From the IMG/VR virus record IMGVR_UViG_3300017783_000001: DNA of 64,000 nt; one strand, given 5' to 3'. Position numbers and translations under genes: made by a program. Below the pieces are notes generated by a model. The model was not told the DNA's origin. It ran no database searches and saw nothing but the letters and a program-made list of their open reading frames with translations. Within the stretch, counting starts at the first letter, position 1. Each line of letters begins with the position of its first letter. This document shows positions 38,874 to 47,972 of this stretch, piece after piece. The stretch comes from a virus.

Positions 38874-39667
38874 TGAGTTGGGTCTTTCATCATCATATCT
38901 GGTATCTTATCATCTTGTAAATCTAATTTAACAGGATTGATATTTGCTTGTGGTTGATTATGTTCTAGTACATAGTTACCACTTATACTAATTCTTTCGT
39001 ATTGTTTCCAATAAGGTGCTACTTGATGTTCTAATGCAGCTGGGAAAACAAACATCAAACCTTTATATGGTTTAACAGCAAAACTATTCATTTGTAATTG
39101 AGTTATCTTTTCACCATAATGAAATACTAGTTGACCTGCTGAATTGGCGTTAGTTGTAGGTACGCCTTCTGTAAATATCTTATCATCTATATCACCAAAC
39201 ACAACAAAACTAAAAAGACCACCGTGGTCGTGTAAAGGATTAAAATCACCTGCTTGTTGAAAGTTAATCCATAGTTGTTGTAATCGTAATGCACCCATAC
39301 CACCAGATTGTCCCATCATCATTTTTGATATGTTAGGCCAACCTTCACCATAGTTAGATTGTAGTATTTCAAAAAATTCAAATACTTTTTGTACGATTGC
39401 TTGGTCTGCTTGATTTCTAATTTTGTTATTACCGTTATTAAACGGATAAAGAACGCTAGTTCCTTGCTTCATATTGCCAGCAAGTTGATGTCTATGGTCT
39501 AATTTTTTATCGTCTCTTGTACGCTGACCTTCTTCAATCAACATATCAACAATCTTTTCGTCTAGTTCACAACGATAGACTGGTGGACCAAATGGATATA
39601 ATACTTCGCCATTAATAGACGAGTGAACCATTTGTGGTAATACGGTTTTATCTCTATACTTTGTCAT
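38870..39667 (-). CDS. 2OG-Fe(II) oxygenase
   Basis: WINFQQAGDFNPLHDH...FPAALEHQV.P...RISISGN; start MTKY with SD AAGGA. Confidence 0.85.
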   Translation of the reverse strand: MTKYRDKTVLPQMVHSSINGEVLYPFGPPVYRCELDEKIVDMLIEEGQRTRDDKKLDHRHQLAGNMKQGTSVLYPFNNGNNKIRNQADQAIVQKVFEFFEILQSNYGEGWPNISKMMMGQSGGMGALRLQQLWINFQQAGDFNPLHDHGGLFSFVVFGDIDDKIFTEGVPTTNANSAGQLVFHYGEKITQLQMNSFAVKPYKGLMFVFPAALEHQVAPYWKQYERISISGNYVLEHNQPQANINPVKLDLQDDKIPDMMMKDPTQ

Positions 39668-39687
39668 TCTGTTTTCCTTACACACTT

Positions 39688-39716
39688 ATTATACAATAAG
39701 TTTAATCTAGTGTCAA
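39688..39716 (-). promoter_or_regulatory. sigma70-type promoter
   Basis: TTGACA-17-TATAAT, exact. Confidence 0.8.
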
Positions 39717-39944
39717 TATGCTGTGTTCTTTTAATGTGTGTAAAAGAAACTCATTTTTTAATTGTAATAATTTATTTTGTTTTTCTAATATTGCAATCTT
39801 CTTATCTAAATCACTTGTTCCTCTTTCATCATCTAATATCATTTGTAATTGTTTCTTTAACAACTCCATTTGATACTGATAATCTTTACTTTCAGGAACA
39901 CGATTATAGAGGTCTGTTTCTTGTTCTACTCTATCATAATTCAT
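39702..39944 (-). CDS. Hypothetical coiled-coil protein
   Basis: Start MNYDRVEQ immediately after the iscA stop. Confidence 0.55.
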   Translation of the reverse strand: MNYDRVEQETDLYNRVPESKDYQYQMELLKKQLQMILDDERGTSDLDKKIAILEKQNKLLQLKNEFLLHTLKEHSILTLD

Positions 39945-39945
39945 T

Positions 39946-40272
39946 TTATACTCCAAAACTTTCTCCACAACCACAACTACTTGTTGCGTTGGGATTTTTT
40001 AATTCTAAAAATGACCCAAATATCTCCTTACGATATTCTATAGTCATACCTGCTAACATTAATATGCTAGACTTATCAACTAATAATGTAAAGTTATCGT
40101 GTAAGATAACCTCATCATTGTTGTCTGCTTCATCTTCAAACTTCCAGTCGTACTTAAAACCAGCACAACCACCACCTTTAACTTCTAAACGAACATATTT
40201 TTTGCTATGTTCTTTTGCTAAAGATTGTAAATGTGTTATTGCGTTATCTGTTAAGTTTATTAAATTACTCAT
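39946..40272 (-). CDS. iscA: Fe-S cluster assembly A-type carrier (IscA/HesB)
   Basis: VRLEVKGGGCAGFKY...NPNATSSCGCGESF. Confidence 0.93.
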   Translation of the reverse strand: MSNLINLTDNAITHLQSLAKEHSKKYVRLEVKGGGCAGFKYDWKFEDEADNNDEVILHDNFTLLVDKSSILMLAGMTIEYRKEIFGSFLELKNPNATSSCGCGESFGV

Positions 40273-40279
40273 ATTATTA

Positions 40280-40305
40280 TTTAGGGGAGATTTAACTCCC
40301 CCAAA
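40280..40305 (-). terminator. Stem-loop after the riboswitch-controlled ORF
   Basis: TTTGGGGGAG-TTAAAT-CTCCCCTAAA; no clear U-tail, and the 3' arm overlaps a CTAAATA late-promoter variant. Confidence 0.5.
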
Positions 40306-40308
40306 CTA

Positions 40309-40503
40309 TTACCAATTATCGGTAGATTTTATTACTTTATGTCCAAGTACTTTGCCTTTGTTAACACCATTGTTGATAGTGTAACCAGAAGTACCTTTAC
40401 CATTTATATCCACTTCTATACGAGAAGACGCAAGAGCCTTTTCTTTTCGCTCTATGTCTTTCTTCTTTCTATAAGTGGAGAGTAAATAAGTATGTCTATT
40501 CAT
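40309..40503 (-). CDS. Small basic protein downstream of the glutamine riboswitch
   Basis: 64 aa with a strong SD AAGGAGG. Confidence 0.7.
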   Translation of the reverse strand: MNRHTYLLSTYRKKKDIERKEKALASSRIEVDINGKGTSGYTINNGVNKGKVLGHKVIKSTDNW

Positions 40504-40525
40504 AACACCCTCCTTGATTAAAGTT

Positions 40526-40580
40526 AGGTGCGTTCCTTCAGGCGATTGCCTTACTTCCGACCATTGTTGGTTGAACGAAT
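40526..40580 (-). ncRNA. Glutamine riboswitch (glnA motif, class I)
   Basis: CGTTCA-[ACCA ACAA TGGT]-CGGAAGTA-[AGGC AATC GCCT]-GAAGGAACG: P1 CGTTC/GAACG, P2, E-loop AGTA/GAA and P3, lying between a promoter and the SD. Confidence 0.82.
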
Positions 40581-40585
40581 ACTAA

Positions 40586-40593
40586 TATTTATA
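40586..40593 (-). promoter_or_regulatory. T4-type late promoter TATAAATA driving the riboswitch transcript
   Basis: Exact motif ~6 nt upstream of the aptamer. Confidence 0.75.
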
Positions 40594-40695
40594 CAAGAGA
40601 CTTACATAAAACTAAACAAAGAGATAACATAGAGATTCGCCCCTATAACTCCGATACAAAGAGTCGCCCTCTCCCTGGTAAGATTAGTCTATGAG

Positions 40696-40712
40696 TGTTC
40701 TCTAAATGTTCT
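40696..40712. promoter_or_regulatory. LexA-box-like motif GTTC-N7-GTTC
   Basis: TGTTCTCTAAATGTTCT in non-coding DNA. Confidence 0.5.
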
Positions 40713-40814
40713 CTATGTTTTTAAATGTGTCGCCACGCTGACTCTATAGCATTCTCTGGAGTTTTCACACACTTATGTATAAGATTGTCAAACGCTAGCG
40801 TAAAAAGAAAGTGC

Positions 40815-40843
40815 TTGACAAGTATCCGACAATGTAGTACAAT
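40815..40843 (+). promoter_or_regulatory. sigma70-type early promoter
   Basis: TTGACA-17-TACAAT. Confidence 0.75.
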
Positions 40844-40879
40844 AGACTTATAATAACCAATGAAAGGAAATACAACACT

Positions 40880-41071
40880 ATGGCGTATTATAATAATGAT
40901 GATGTAATGCAGAAGTTAGATGAAATCGCTAACGACATAATGAACCTATCTATAAGAGTGAATAAGATAGACGACTCTATCCCGAAAAAAAACTCCGAAA
41001 AAAATTCACAAAGTCAAAGCCTAGATAAATCACTAGGATCCACAGAAGACCCTTTGCTAGTTGAAATGTAA
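40880..41071 (+). CDS. Small early protein convergent on gp5
   Basis: 63 aa with SD AAAGGA and its own promoter. Confidence 0.6.
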   Translation: MAYYNNDDVMQKLDEIANDIMNLSIRVNKIDDSIPKKNSEKNSQSQSLDKSLGSTEDPLLVEM

Positions 41072-41258
41072 AGAACAACCACCATACAGACTTAATAAGT
41101 TCTTTGTATGAGCGTCCTCCTGAAGTCGGCCGTTTCTTATATAGGTTAAATATCATAAAATATATTTAGTATAGTCTATTGCATTTATAGATTAAGAGCC
41201 AAGACCTGGATATAATAGGCCCTTTTAGCTACAGGTTTTTGAGAAGTCGGTAGGCCTT

Positions 41259-42317
41259 TTAGTTTAGATTGATTGTCTTGCCGGTCTTTGTGTTATCGCC
41301 TGTTACCGTTTCTGTACGAGTACCTGCGATTGTTTCACTATGCGAACCATCTACACTTAGCGTATAGTTACCACCTACTTTGAGGTTGTAATCACCACCT
41401 GCATTGACATTGACTTTACCTACTCTGGTCACTACATTGACATCGCCAGTATCTACTTGTATATTAAGGCTTGCATTAGCACCTACTTGTATATCATAGT
41501 GGTTGTTTAATGTAGCAGACTTGTTAATGTATATCTTATGGCGTCCGTCTATTGTTATATCACTATTGCCTTCTATGTAAGTCTTATCTGAACCAACGGC
41601 CATTCTATATGAGTGGCCTTTTATTATATTAATCTGATTACCGTCTGCTGTCCACTCTAGTGATGTACCTACCTTATGGCGAAAGTGTATTCGCTCAGCG
41701 GCCGGCGTATCGTCAAACTCTTGTATATGTCCACTTTCCGTTTCAGTTACCTTATTATATGGATACTGAGCAGCGTATGCAAGAGTCGGTTGTGACCAAG
41801 TATCTCCGTCAGACGCCGCCATTACACTATTGTCCGCATTGGTTCTGCTGTTAAAGTCAGCAGTCGCCACATCTTTTATTTCTGTATCTGTACGAATTAA
41901 GTTGACAAGAGACGGATTATCTGTTATACTAGACGCTAGCCTATTTGTATCTGTTTCATTAATATACTTAGGATAGATACCCGAGCCATCATAGCCTGCC
42001 TTTGAGTAATACCTTGAAGAATACTCGGTAGGCCTTCCTGGGAGTACGCCAAGAACAACTGGTTGTTGCGCCTGCTCTCCATCTCTAAAGAATCCGTGTA
42101 CCCAAGTTCCTTTTACCAAAAAGGTTGGCGACTGACCCAGGCCTGATATGCCTCCGGCAGTCGTAGGTAAAGCGCATTGTGCCCACGGCAAGTCTGCTGT
42201 AGGTAATGTGTAAATGTTATCACTATGGTAACCTAAACACCGTACTCGCACACGGCCAACCTTGTGTGGGTCTTGCCTGTCTTCAACTATTCCTGTAAAA
42301 TGTATATACTTGCTCAT
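41259..42317 (-). CDS. gp5: Baseplate hub/central spike (T4 gp5-like, no lysozyme domain)
   Basis: OB-fold F.G.VEDR.DP...GRVRVRC.G.H...LPWA; YPYN.V.ETESGH..EFDDTP..ERI...H; short beta-helix. Confidence 0.9.
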   Translation of the reverse strand: MSKYIHFTGIVEDRQDPHKVGRVRVRCLGYHSDNIYTLPTADLPWAQCALPTTAGGISGLGQSPTFLVKGTWVHGFFRDGEQAQQPVVLGVLPGRPTEYSSRYYSKAGYDGSGIYPKYINETDTNRLASSITDNPSLVNLIRTDTEIKDVATADFNSRTNADNSVMAASDGDTWSQPTLAYAAQYPYNKVTETESGHIQEFDDTPAAERIHFRHKVGTSLEWTADGNQINIIKGHSYRMAVGSDKTYIEGNSDITIDGRHKIYINKSATLNNHYDIQVGANASLNIQVDTGDVNVVTRVGKVNVNAGGDYNLKVGGNYTLSVDGSHSETIAGTRTETVTGDNTKTGKTINLN

Positions 42318-42351
42318 AATTTCTTCCGATACTTGTACCTTTTAGATAACA

Positions 42352-42603
42352 CTAGATTATATTATTCTTTCTATTTATTCTAAACCTACGCAAATGACAC
42401 GCTAGTGGCATATCTTTGATTAGTTTTGTATATATTGCTATGCGTATGGTCATTCTCTCTAGTACGCCGACTTTATGATTGAGTTCGTCAAATGCGTATG
42501 TACCTTTGAAAAACCTTTGTAAATGACTTCTATACAGAGCATCCTCGTAGGTGTTGCGTATGGTTTCTAATGTGTTGCGTAAAGGGTTGTTTAATTGTTT
42601 CAT
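42352..42603 (-). CDS. Hypothetical protein (uncertain)
   Basis: 83-aa ORF in an otherwise non-coding gap, weak SD. Confidence 0.35.
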   Translation of the reverse strand: MKQLNNPLRNTLETIRNTYEDALYRSHLQRFFKGTYAFDELNHKVGVLERMTIRIAIYTKLIKDMPLACHLRRFRINRKNNII

Positions 42604-42623
42604 ATCTCTTTTTCTATGTGTTT

Positions 42624-42650
42624 TGTTCTCATTCTGTTCTCATTTGTTCT
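42624..42650. promoter_or_regulatory. LexA-box-like motif GTTC-N7-GTTC plus a third half-site
   Basis: TGTTCTCATTCTGTTCTCATTTGTTCT in non-coding DNA. Confidence 0.5.
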
Positions 42651-42780
42651 GGTCTGATTGTCAGCGTATAGAGTGGAGAGTGCTTTGAGAACCCCTAATG
42701 TATGCCCTTTAGACCTCTTGGAGGGGCGTTTCGGAGGGCGATTCTCTATGTTTCTCTCTAGTAGTTGTCAAATGAATAAA

Positions 42781-44232
42781 CTACGATAATATCCCAAAGA
42801 TACCTTCATCTAATTTCTCTTGTTCAAATACTTTGCCTTTTTCAGTCTTACCTTCTTCTACTTTAATTGTTTCATTATAGTATGGCGTCTTCACGCTATC
42901 TTTCATACATTCAACCGTCATTGAGTGGTAACTTCTACCAGGCATTACTTTATGAATAATACTACTTACTAGGTATCTGCCACTTAATGCTTGGTCTTGG
43001 TCTTTATCACCAACACTTATACTTTCATATCTAGGTATCTCTAGTCCTATCATTTCTCCTACTGATAATCCTGTGTAACCAGGTACTTCTATTCTTACCT
43101 TAAATGATTCTAATGCTACTTCTTGTGCTATTCTATTTTGCATTGCGTTTTCTGGCGATACGGATTCATATCCATCATACTGCATACTTGTTTCAGAAGA
43201 GTTAAAAAATGTTCCGTCTGCAAATGCTGTTAATGGTTTGTTATCTCTAAATGGATAATCAGGTAATATCTTCTTATCGCCTTGTCTCTGGCCATTACCA
43301 TCGTGTTCAGTATGGTGAGATTTACTATAATTTTCTTCGTAATCAAAGTCGGAAGTTGAAAATGTTTTATTAAACAAGTCTGTCTTTAATACTCTACTTG
43401 CGACACCACCCATACCTAATAGTTGCATAAGATTAAATTGTTCTATGACTTCATAATGAGAAATAGTCTGCATTTCGTGGGTAACATCACGGTCACCTTT
43501 GTTTCTTGTTGTACCTGCCATTGTAGGTTTAAAGTAACCATTGTTTGGTCTTGTACTATCTATTCCAACTGCCATCATATTTTCATAACTACGACAATGA
43601 AATCCATCTGCTGTCTCGTACCATTTAAATCCTGTGTTATTAAATGTAGCAGATTCTGCTTGAGCACATAAAAATTCTATTGCCTTAAATGGTCTAAATC
43701 TTGGCACAATTAACTTACGACTACTCTTTGTTCCTTCTATTATAATGTCTTTACTTGTTCCTAATTCAGACAATGCAATAGAGGATATCATATCAGATAT
43801 TGCACCAGCAAATGGTCTCTCTACCTTACAGGTTTGATTTGTAATTTGTTCTTTACTACAGAAATATAGTACATAGAATTGTGACCTAGGATTATGTGGT
43901 TGTTTACTACCTATCTTATAGATAACCATAGGATGTTTTTCAAAGTCGTAATAACGAGTTGAACCTGGTGTACCTAGTTTAAATGATAAGAGTTCATTGC
44001 CAGTTAATGGCATATGATTAGGAAGACCTGTACTATCAGATATAACTAACTGACCAGATAAGTTCTTCTCGTTTATATCTTCGTAAATATTAATTTCTGC
44101 GACAAGACTTGTGATGTCCGTCTTCTTTGCTTTACTTGAACCATCAAAAGACTTTCTACTATGCACTACTATTTCAGATAGTGTATAGTCACCGGCCTTT
44201 TTCAAGTCATCGGTTTTTAATTTGCTGTACAT
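42781..44232 (-). CDS. Baseplate hub protein (gp27-like)
   Basis: IYEDI...LSG.L.I.D...LTGNE.L...YET.DGFH...VPG...L.VG.MI...LSGRYL...I.H; lies between gp53 and gp5. Confidence 0.7.
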   Translation of the reverse strand: MYSKLKTDDLKKAGDYTLSEIVVHSRKSFDGSSKAKKTDITSLVAEINIYEDINEKNLSGQLVISDSTGLPNHMPLTGNELLSFKLGTPGSTRYYDFEKHPMVIYKIGSKQPHNPRSQFYVLYFCSKEQITNQTCKVERPFAGAISDMISSIALSELGTSKDIIIEGTKSSRKLIVPRFRPFKAIEFLCAQAESATFNNTGFKWYETADGFHCRSYENMMAVGIDSTRPNNGYFKPTMAGTTRNKGDRDVTHEMQTISHYEVIEQFNLMQLLGMGGVASRVLKTDLFNKTFSTSDFDYEENYSKSHHTEHDGNGQRQGDKKILPDYPFRDNKPLTAFADGTFFNSSETSMQYDGYESVSPENAMQNRIAQEVALESFKVRIEVPGYTGLSVGEMIGLEIPRYESISVGDKDQDQALSGRYLVSSIIHKVMPGRSYHSMTVECMKDSVKTPYYNETIKVEEGKTEKGKVFEQEKLDEGIFGILS

Positions 44233-44741
44233 TATTCACCTATCAGTTTATCAAACTCATCTAAAAATGTTGATAGATATCCTTGGTCTAACAACTTAAT
44301 TTCGCTTATATCGTTTTGTATTCTTTGTTCGTACTCTCTATTTGATACAGATACAGCACCTACATCTGTACTCATACATTCTATATGGACATCTGTAGGT
44401 CCACTTGTTTGTTTCTTTTCGTAATGATGTATTGCTTCTGAATTTGTATACTTGTCTTTGATAAAGGTTTCAAATTCATTATAGTTCATAGGCCAACCAT
44501 AGTATGCGTCTGATATACCATTTGTCAACAATATAATCCAGTGATATTCTGATTTACCAAAGTGGTTAAATGCTACATCTTCTGGTCTCTCACCTGGTTG
44601 TACAAAGTATTTTTGATACAGCATAGCTGCGTCTAATACTTTCTCTCTTACCTTTACTCTTTTGATTATGTTAGTTGCCAGTTTTGATTTCTGGTCACCT
44701 TTCATATCATATAGTATAAGTGGAAAACTTGAAAAATACAT
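44232..44741 (-). CDS. gp53: Baseplate wedge subunit (T4 gp53)
   Basis: YFSSFP...Y.V..GERPE.VA...G...YHWIILL.N...WP...IHHYE. Confidence 0.88.
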   Translation of the reverse strand: MYFSSFPLILYDMKGDQKSKLATNIIKRVKVREKVLDAAMLYQKYFVQPGERPEDVAFNHFGKSEYHWIILLTNGISDAYYGWPMNYNEFETFIKDKYTNSEAIHHYEKKQTSGPTDVHIECMSTDVGAVSVSNREYEQRIQNDISEIKLLDQGYLSTFLDEFDKLIGE

Positions 44742-44744
44742 CTA

Positions 44745-45929
44745 TTAATATCCTTTAGCGATTGTTTCTTTAGTCATAATTTCTGTTTCTGCAAATGTAC
44801 AAGTCATTGTTGTTGTAATAGGTGCAGCTCCTCTATCATCTTCTCTAAATGTATGGAATGTTCCTTCTGTTGCATAGTCTACATCCATACCTGTCATTAC
44901 ACAACGAGAAATCTGTGGTATATAATCGTTTGACTTACCACGATAGTAATAAGTTATTTGAAATTCAGATGGCGATAAAAATGCTGATTTAGTTTTATTA
45001 CTAAATTCAGGTAACATATGAAATTTAAATAACTTGATAATCTTTTCTACATTTAACATTTCTTTTTGGTTCTTTGGTGCAAATGTAAATGGAAAACTAA
45101 ACTCTCTAAATGGTACACTTCTAAACACTTGTTCGTTAAATGGATTTAATGCTCTACCCATTGACTTGTCTATTGCACCTCTTACATCACCAACACCAGG
45201 CAATGCACTTGCAATCTCGGTTACTGCACCTCCTAATACTCTTTCTATCATAGCACCACCACCGTCAATCATTGCTTCTTTGAAAGACATATCTTTACCT
45301 GCTTCCATACTAGACGCCATAAGACCGGCAAGACCAGTTGCTAAGTTTTCATAGTTTGCTTTGTATGAGAATTTTGCAGCTTCGGCAGGTGTATATAAAC
45401 ACACCGTATCACTAATTCTTGTATGTGTATGTGAACCACCTTGACCAATACCAGAAGACATTTCTCTTGCCTTTCTAGTTGTCGTTGTCTTTGGAGCAGG
45501 TGCTGAATCTGCTGTTGCAAAAGCATTACGATTTGCTTCTGCGTCATCATCTGCTGGTACTTCTATTATTCTCTTCATATTACTACCATAAGATGTTTTT
45601 CTGTTTTCAATAATATCAAATATAACATAATGACCTTCATCTAACATACCTGTTTCTTCTGGATAATATATCTGCCCCCAACTAATTCTGGAACGGACTC
45701 TACCTTGCATTGCGTCACCTGAACCTATCTCTAGTGGTGATTGGTTTAAAATCTGTCGTGCTTTTGCTTTTGTCGCTTCTGTATTTTCTGCACCAGTAAA
45801 CTGATTGCTGAAGTTGTCTATTTGTGATGTTATATCGCCTGCAAGACCATCAACAAAACCTTTTACAGCATTTGTTCCTGAATTAATACGACCTTTGATA
45901 ACAGAGCTTATTTTGTTTGTATATCCCAT
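44745..45929 (-). CDS. gp48: Baseplate tail-tube cap (T4 gp48)
   Basis: NPFNEQVF....FREFSF.F.F.PKN..E...I...FK..M.P...F.ETE..TK..I..GY. Confidence 0.82.
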   Translation of the reverse strand: MGYTNKISSVIKGRINSGTNAVKGFVDGLAGDITSQIDNFSNQFTGAENTEATKAKARQILNQSPLEIGSGDAMQGRVRSRISWGQIYYPEETGMLDEGHYVIFDIIENRKTSYGSNMKRIIEVPADDDAEANRNAFATADSAPAPKTTTTRKAREMSSGIGQGGSHTHTRISDTVCLYTPAEAAKFSYKANYENLATGLAGLMASSMEAGKDMSFKEAMIDGGGAMIERVLGGAVTEIASALPGVGDVRGAIDKSMGRALNPFNEQVFRSVPFREFSFPFTFAPKNQKEMLNVEKIIKLFKFHMLPEFSNKTKSAFLSPSEFQITYYYRGKSNDYIPQISRCVMTGMDVDYATEGTFHTFREDDRGAAPITTTMTCTFAETEIMTKETIAKGY

Positions 45930-45930
45930 A

Positions 45931-45965
45931 TATAAATATCCTTATGAATTATACTAATATTTATA
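45931..45965. promoter_or_regulatory. Pair of oppositely oriented late promoters (+ 45931-45938 for gp4; - 45958-45965 for gp48)
   Basis: Two exact TATAAATA motifs in a 48-bp gap. Confidence 0.75.
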
Positions 45966-45977
45966 CAGGAAATAGTA

Positions 45978-46409
45978 ATGGCAACAGCAAGTTATAAAGG
46001 TAGATACAAACCTCAAAACAAAGACAAATATCTAGGTAATCCTGATAAAGTCGTCTATCGTTCTAATTGGGAGAGAAGATTTATGGTTTACTGCGACCGT
46101 AATGAAGGTATCACACATTGGGGTAGTGAAGAGATTGCTATTCGTTATCGTAATCCTGTGACCAAGAAATTACATAATTACTTTCCTGATTTCTTCATAG
46201 TTACCAACAAAGGTAAGTATATAATTGAAATCAAACCTAAGGCCTTCACAAAGAAACCTAAACCTAGAGCTCGTAAGACTAGAGCATATATCAATGAGAG
46301 TTTAGCATATATTAAAAATAGAGCTAAATGGGGTGCCGCTGTTCGTTATTGCGAAATGCAAGGTTGGGAGTTTAAAATATTTACAGAAGACGATTTAGGT
46401 AAATTTTAA
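45978..46409 (+). CDS. gp4: Head completion nuclease (T4 gp4)
   Basis: YKG.Y.P.N..KY.G.P..V.YRS.WE..FM..CD...WGSEE...YFPDF...EIKP...N.AKW.AA. Confidence 0.9.
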   Translation: MATASYKGRYKPQNKDKYLGNPDKVVYRSNWERRFMVYCDRNEGITHWGSEEIAIRYRNPVTKKLHNYFPDFFIVTNKGKYIIEIKPKAFTKKPKPRARKTRAYINESLAYIKNRAKWGAAVRYCEMQGWEFKIFTEDDLGKF

Positions 46410-47962
46410 GTTGTTGCTGTTAGTCTTTCCCATTTAGACGCTGGGTCTGGATTTCTATTACCACTACCTACAAATTGTGATTCTGCATTGTTTGTGGTTA
46501 TAATTTGTTTGTTGTCTTGTGTTATACCAACATTGTTAGATGAGTTTGCTGTATTTGTATCACCTGCTTCTTTTAGTGCTTTTGCATTACCTGTTTGGTC
46601 TGCCTTATCTGTGCCACTAAAGTATTTCTTTTTCTCTTCAGGTATTTCTGCTTTTTGTGCTTCACCTTCTATACTTTTAGGTTCTGTCATTGTTGCCTTA
46701 TCACTTGACAATGCAACTTTTTCCATACCTATATACTTACCAAACTTATCTACGAAACCATTATAGATTCTTTTAAATATGTCTGATATATAATCACCGA
46801 TACTACCAAATGCACTTTTAATACTATCCCATATTCTACTTCCTAGAGTACTTACATAATCAACCATATCAGATATACCTTGTGTAAAGTTATCCCACTT
46901 CTCCATTAATGAATCTTTTAGTCCACCTATATAACCTACAAACGCATTCCATTTCTCCATTAAGTATTCACCAAACTTTCTAAAGACATCTCCTAGATAG
47001 TTATATGCGTCTATGATAGCGTCTTTGATTGCGTGAAATTTAAATATTGCAATTGCAATTACAGCAATCAATGCTAATATACCAAGTGCCCATAACAACA
47101 TAGGTACAACTGAAATCATAAGACTTGCACCAAATAGTTTTAATGATTTGATTGGTGTCTTCATTGCTTTACCGAAGTTCATAAATGAAGTACCCATTCT
47201 TTTTGCCATATCGCCAAGTTCTACAAATGGTCCTGTAATACTATCTTTGATACCCATAAAGGTATCAGATATACCAGCAAACATACCTCGTGGGTCTATC
47301 ATATCACCACCTTGACCACCAAAGTTATCAGAAGTATCGCCACCAAGTGCTTCTCTTTTTGCGTCTAAATCTTCTCGTTCTTTTGTTAGTAGTACTGACT
47401 TCTCTTTGATAAGCGTTTCTTCTTTTTGTCTACTAGTTTCATCTAGTTTGTGTAAATTCTTTGTTTTCTTTAATAGTTCTTGTTCGTTTGATACTATTCT
47501 CTTTTCAGATTGTACAAGTTTTTCTTGTTCCATCTGCAATTGTTTTGTTGATAGTACAACTGCCTTTGCACCATCTTCGGTCATCTTTACTTGTACTGCT
47601 ACACCTTGTTTTCTTAATTCACTTGCTTCTTTTTCTGCAACAACAATCATCTGTTCTCTATTACGCAATGCGTCTTGTAGAGATTTCATATCTTCTGATA
47701 TGTCTGCCTTTTCCATACCTCTTGTCAAGTCTTCAACAGAATAGTTTAATTCACCCATTCTATTAACAAGTTTATTCATCACATCATTTACACTTCTAGG
47801 TGTATCTCTAAATGCGTCAATAGTTTCTGCAACAAGTTTGTTTAATTTAGGCTGAGTTGACTTAACTAGTCCATCAACTGATTGGATAGACTTCTTTGAT
47901 ATTACTTTGAATATGGAAAGTAGTTCGTCTTGTGTAGCGTTTGAAAGTGTAGTGGCAGCCAT
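46406..47962 (-). CDS. Probable tape-measure / hub protein (gp29-like)
   Basis: Helical coiled-coil, a hydrophobic segment and W/F 11-residue periodic repeats; located downstream of gp26/gp51. Confidence 0.6.
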   Translation of the reverse strand: MAATTLSNATQDELLSIFKVISKKSIQSVDGLVKSTQPKLNKLVAETIDAFRDTPRSVNDVMNKLVNRMGELNYSVEDLTRGMEKADISEDMKSLQDALRNREQMIVVAEKEASELRKQGVAVQVKMTEDGAKAVVLSTKQLQMEQEKLVQSEKRIVSNEQELLKKTKNLHKLDETSRQKEETLIKEKSVLLTKEREDLDAKREALGGDTSDNFGGQGGDMIDPRGMFAGISDTFMGIKDSITGPFVELGDMAKRMGTSFMNFGKAMKTPIKSLKLFGASLMISVVPMLLWALGILALIAVIAIAIFKFHAIKDAIIDAYNYLGDVFRKFGEYLMEKWNAFVGYIGGLKDSLMEKWDNFTQGISDMVDYVSTLGSRIWDSIKSAFGSIGDYISDIFKRIYNGFVDKFGKYIGMEKVALSSDKATMTEPKSIEGEAQKAEIPEEKKKYFSGTDKADQTGNAKALKEAGDTNTANSSNNVGITQDNKQIITTNNAESQFVGSGNRNPDPASKWERLTATT

Positions 47963-47972
47963 TTCTTATTTC

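Noticed and set aside
40763-40791. Minus-strand TTGACA at 40786-40791 (also 42766-42771) as promoters
   Set aside because: No acceptable -10 hexamer at 17-bp spacing.
45978-46409. TnsA-like endonuclease suggesting a transposon or homing element
   Set aside because: Sequence and position match T4 gp4; there are no element ends or transposase.
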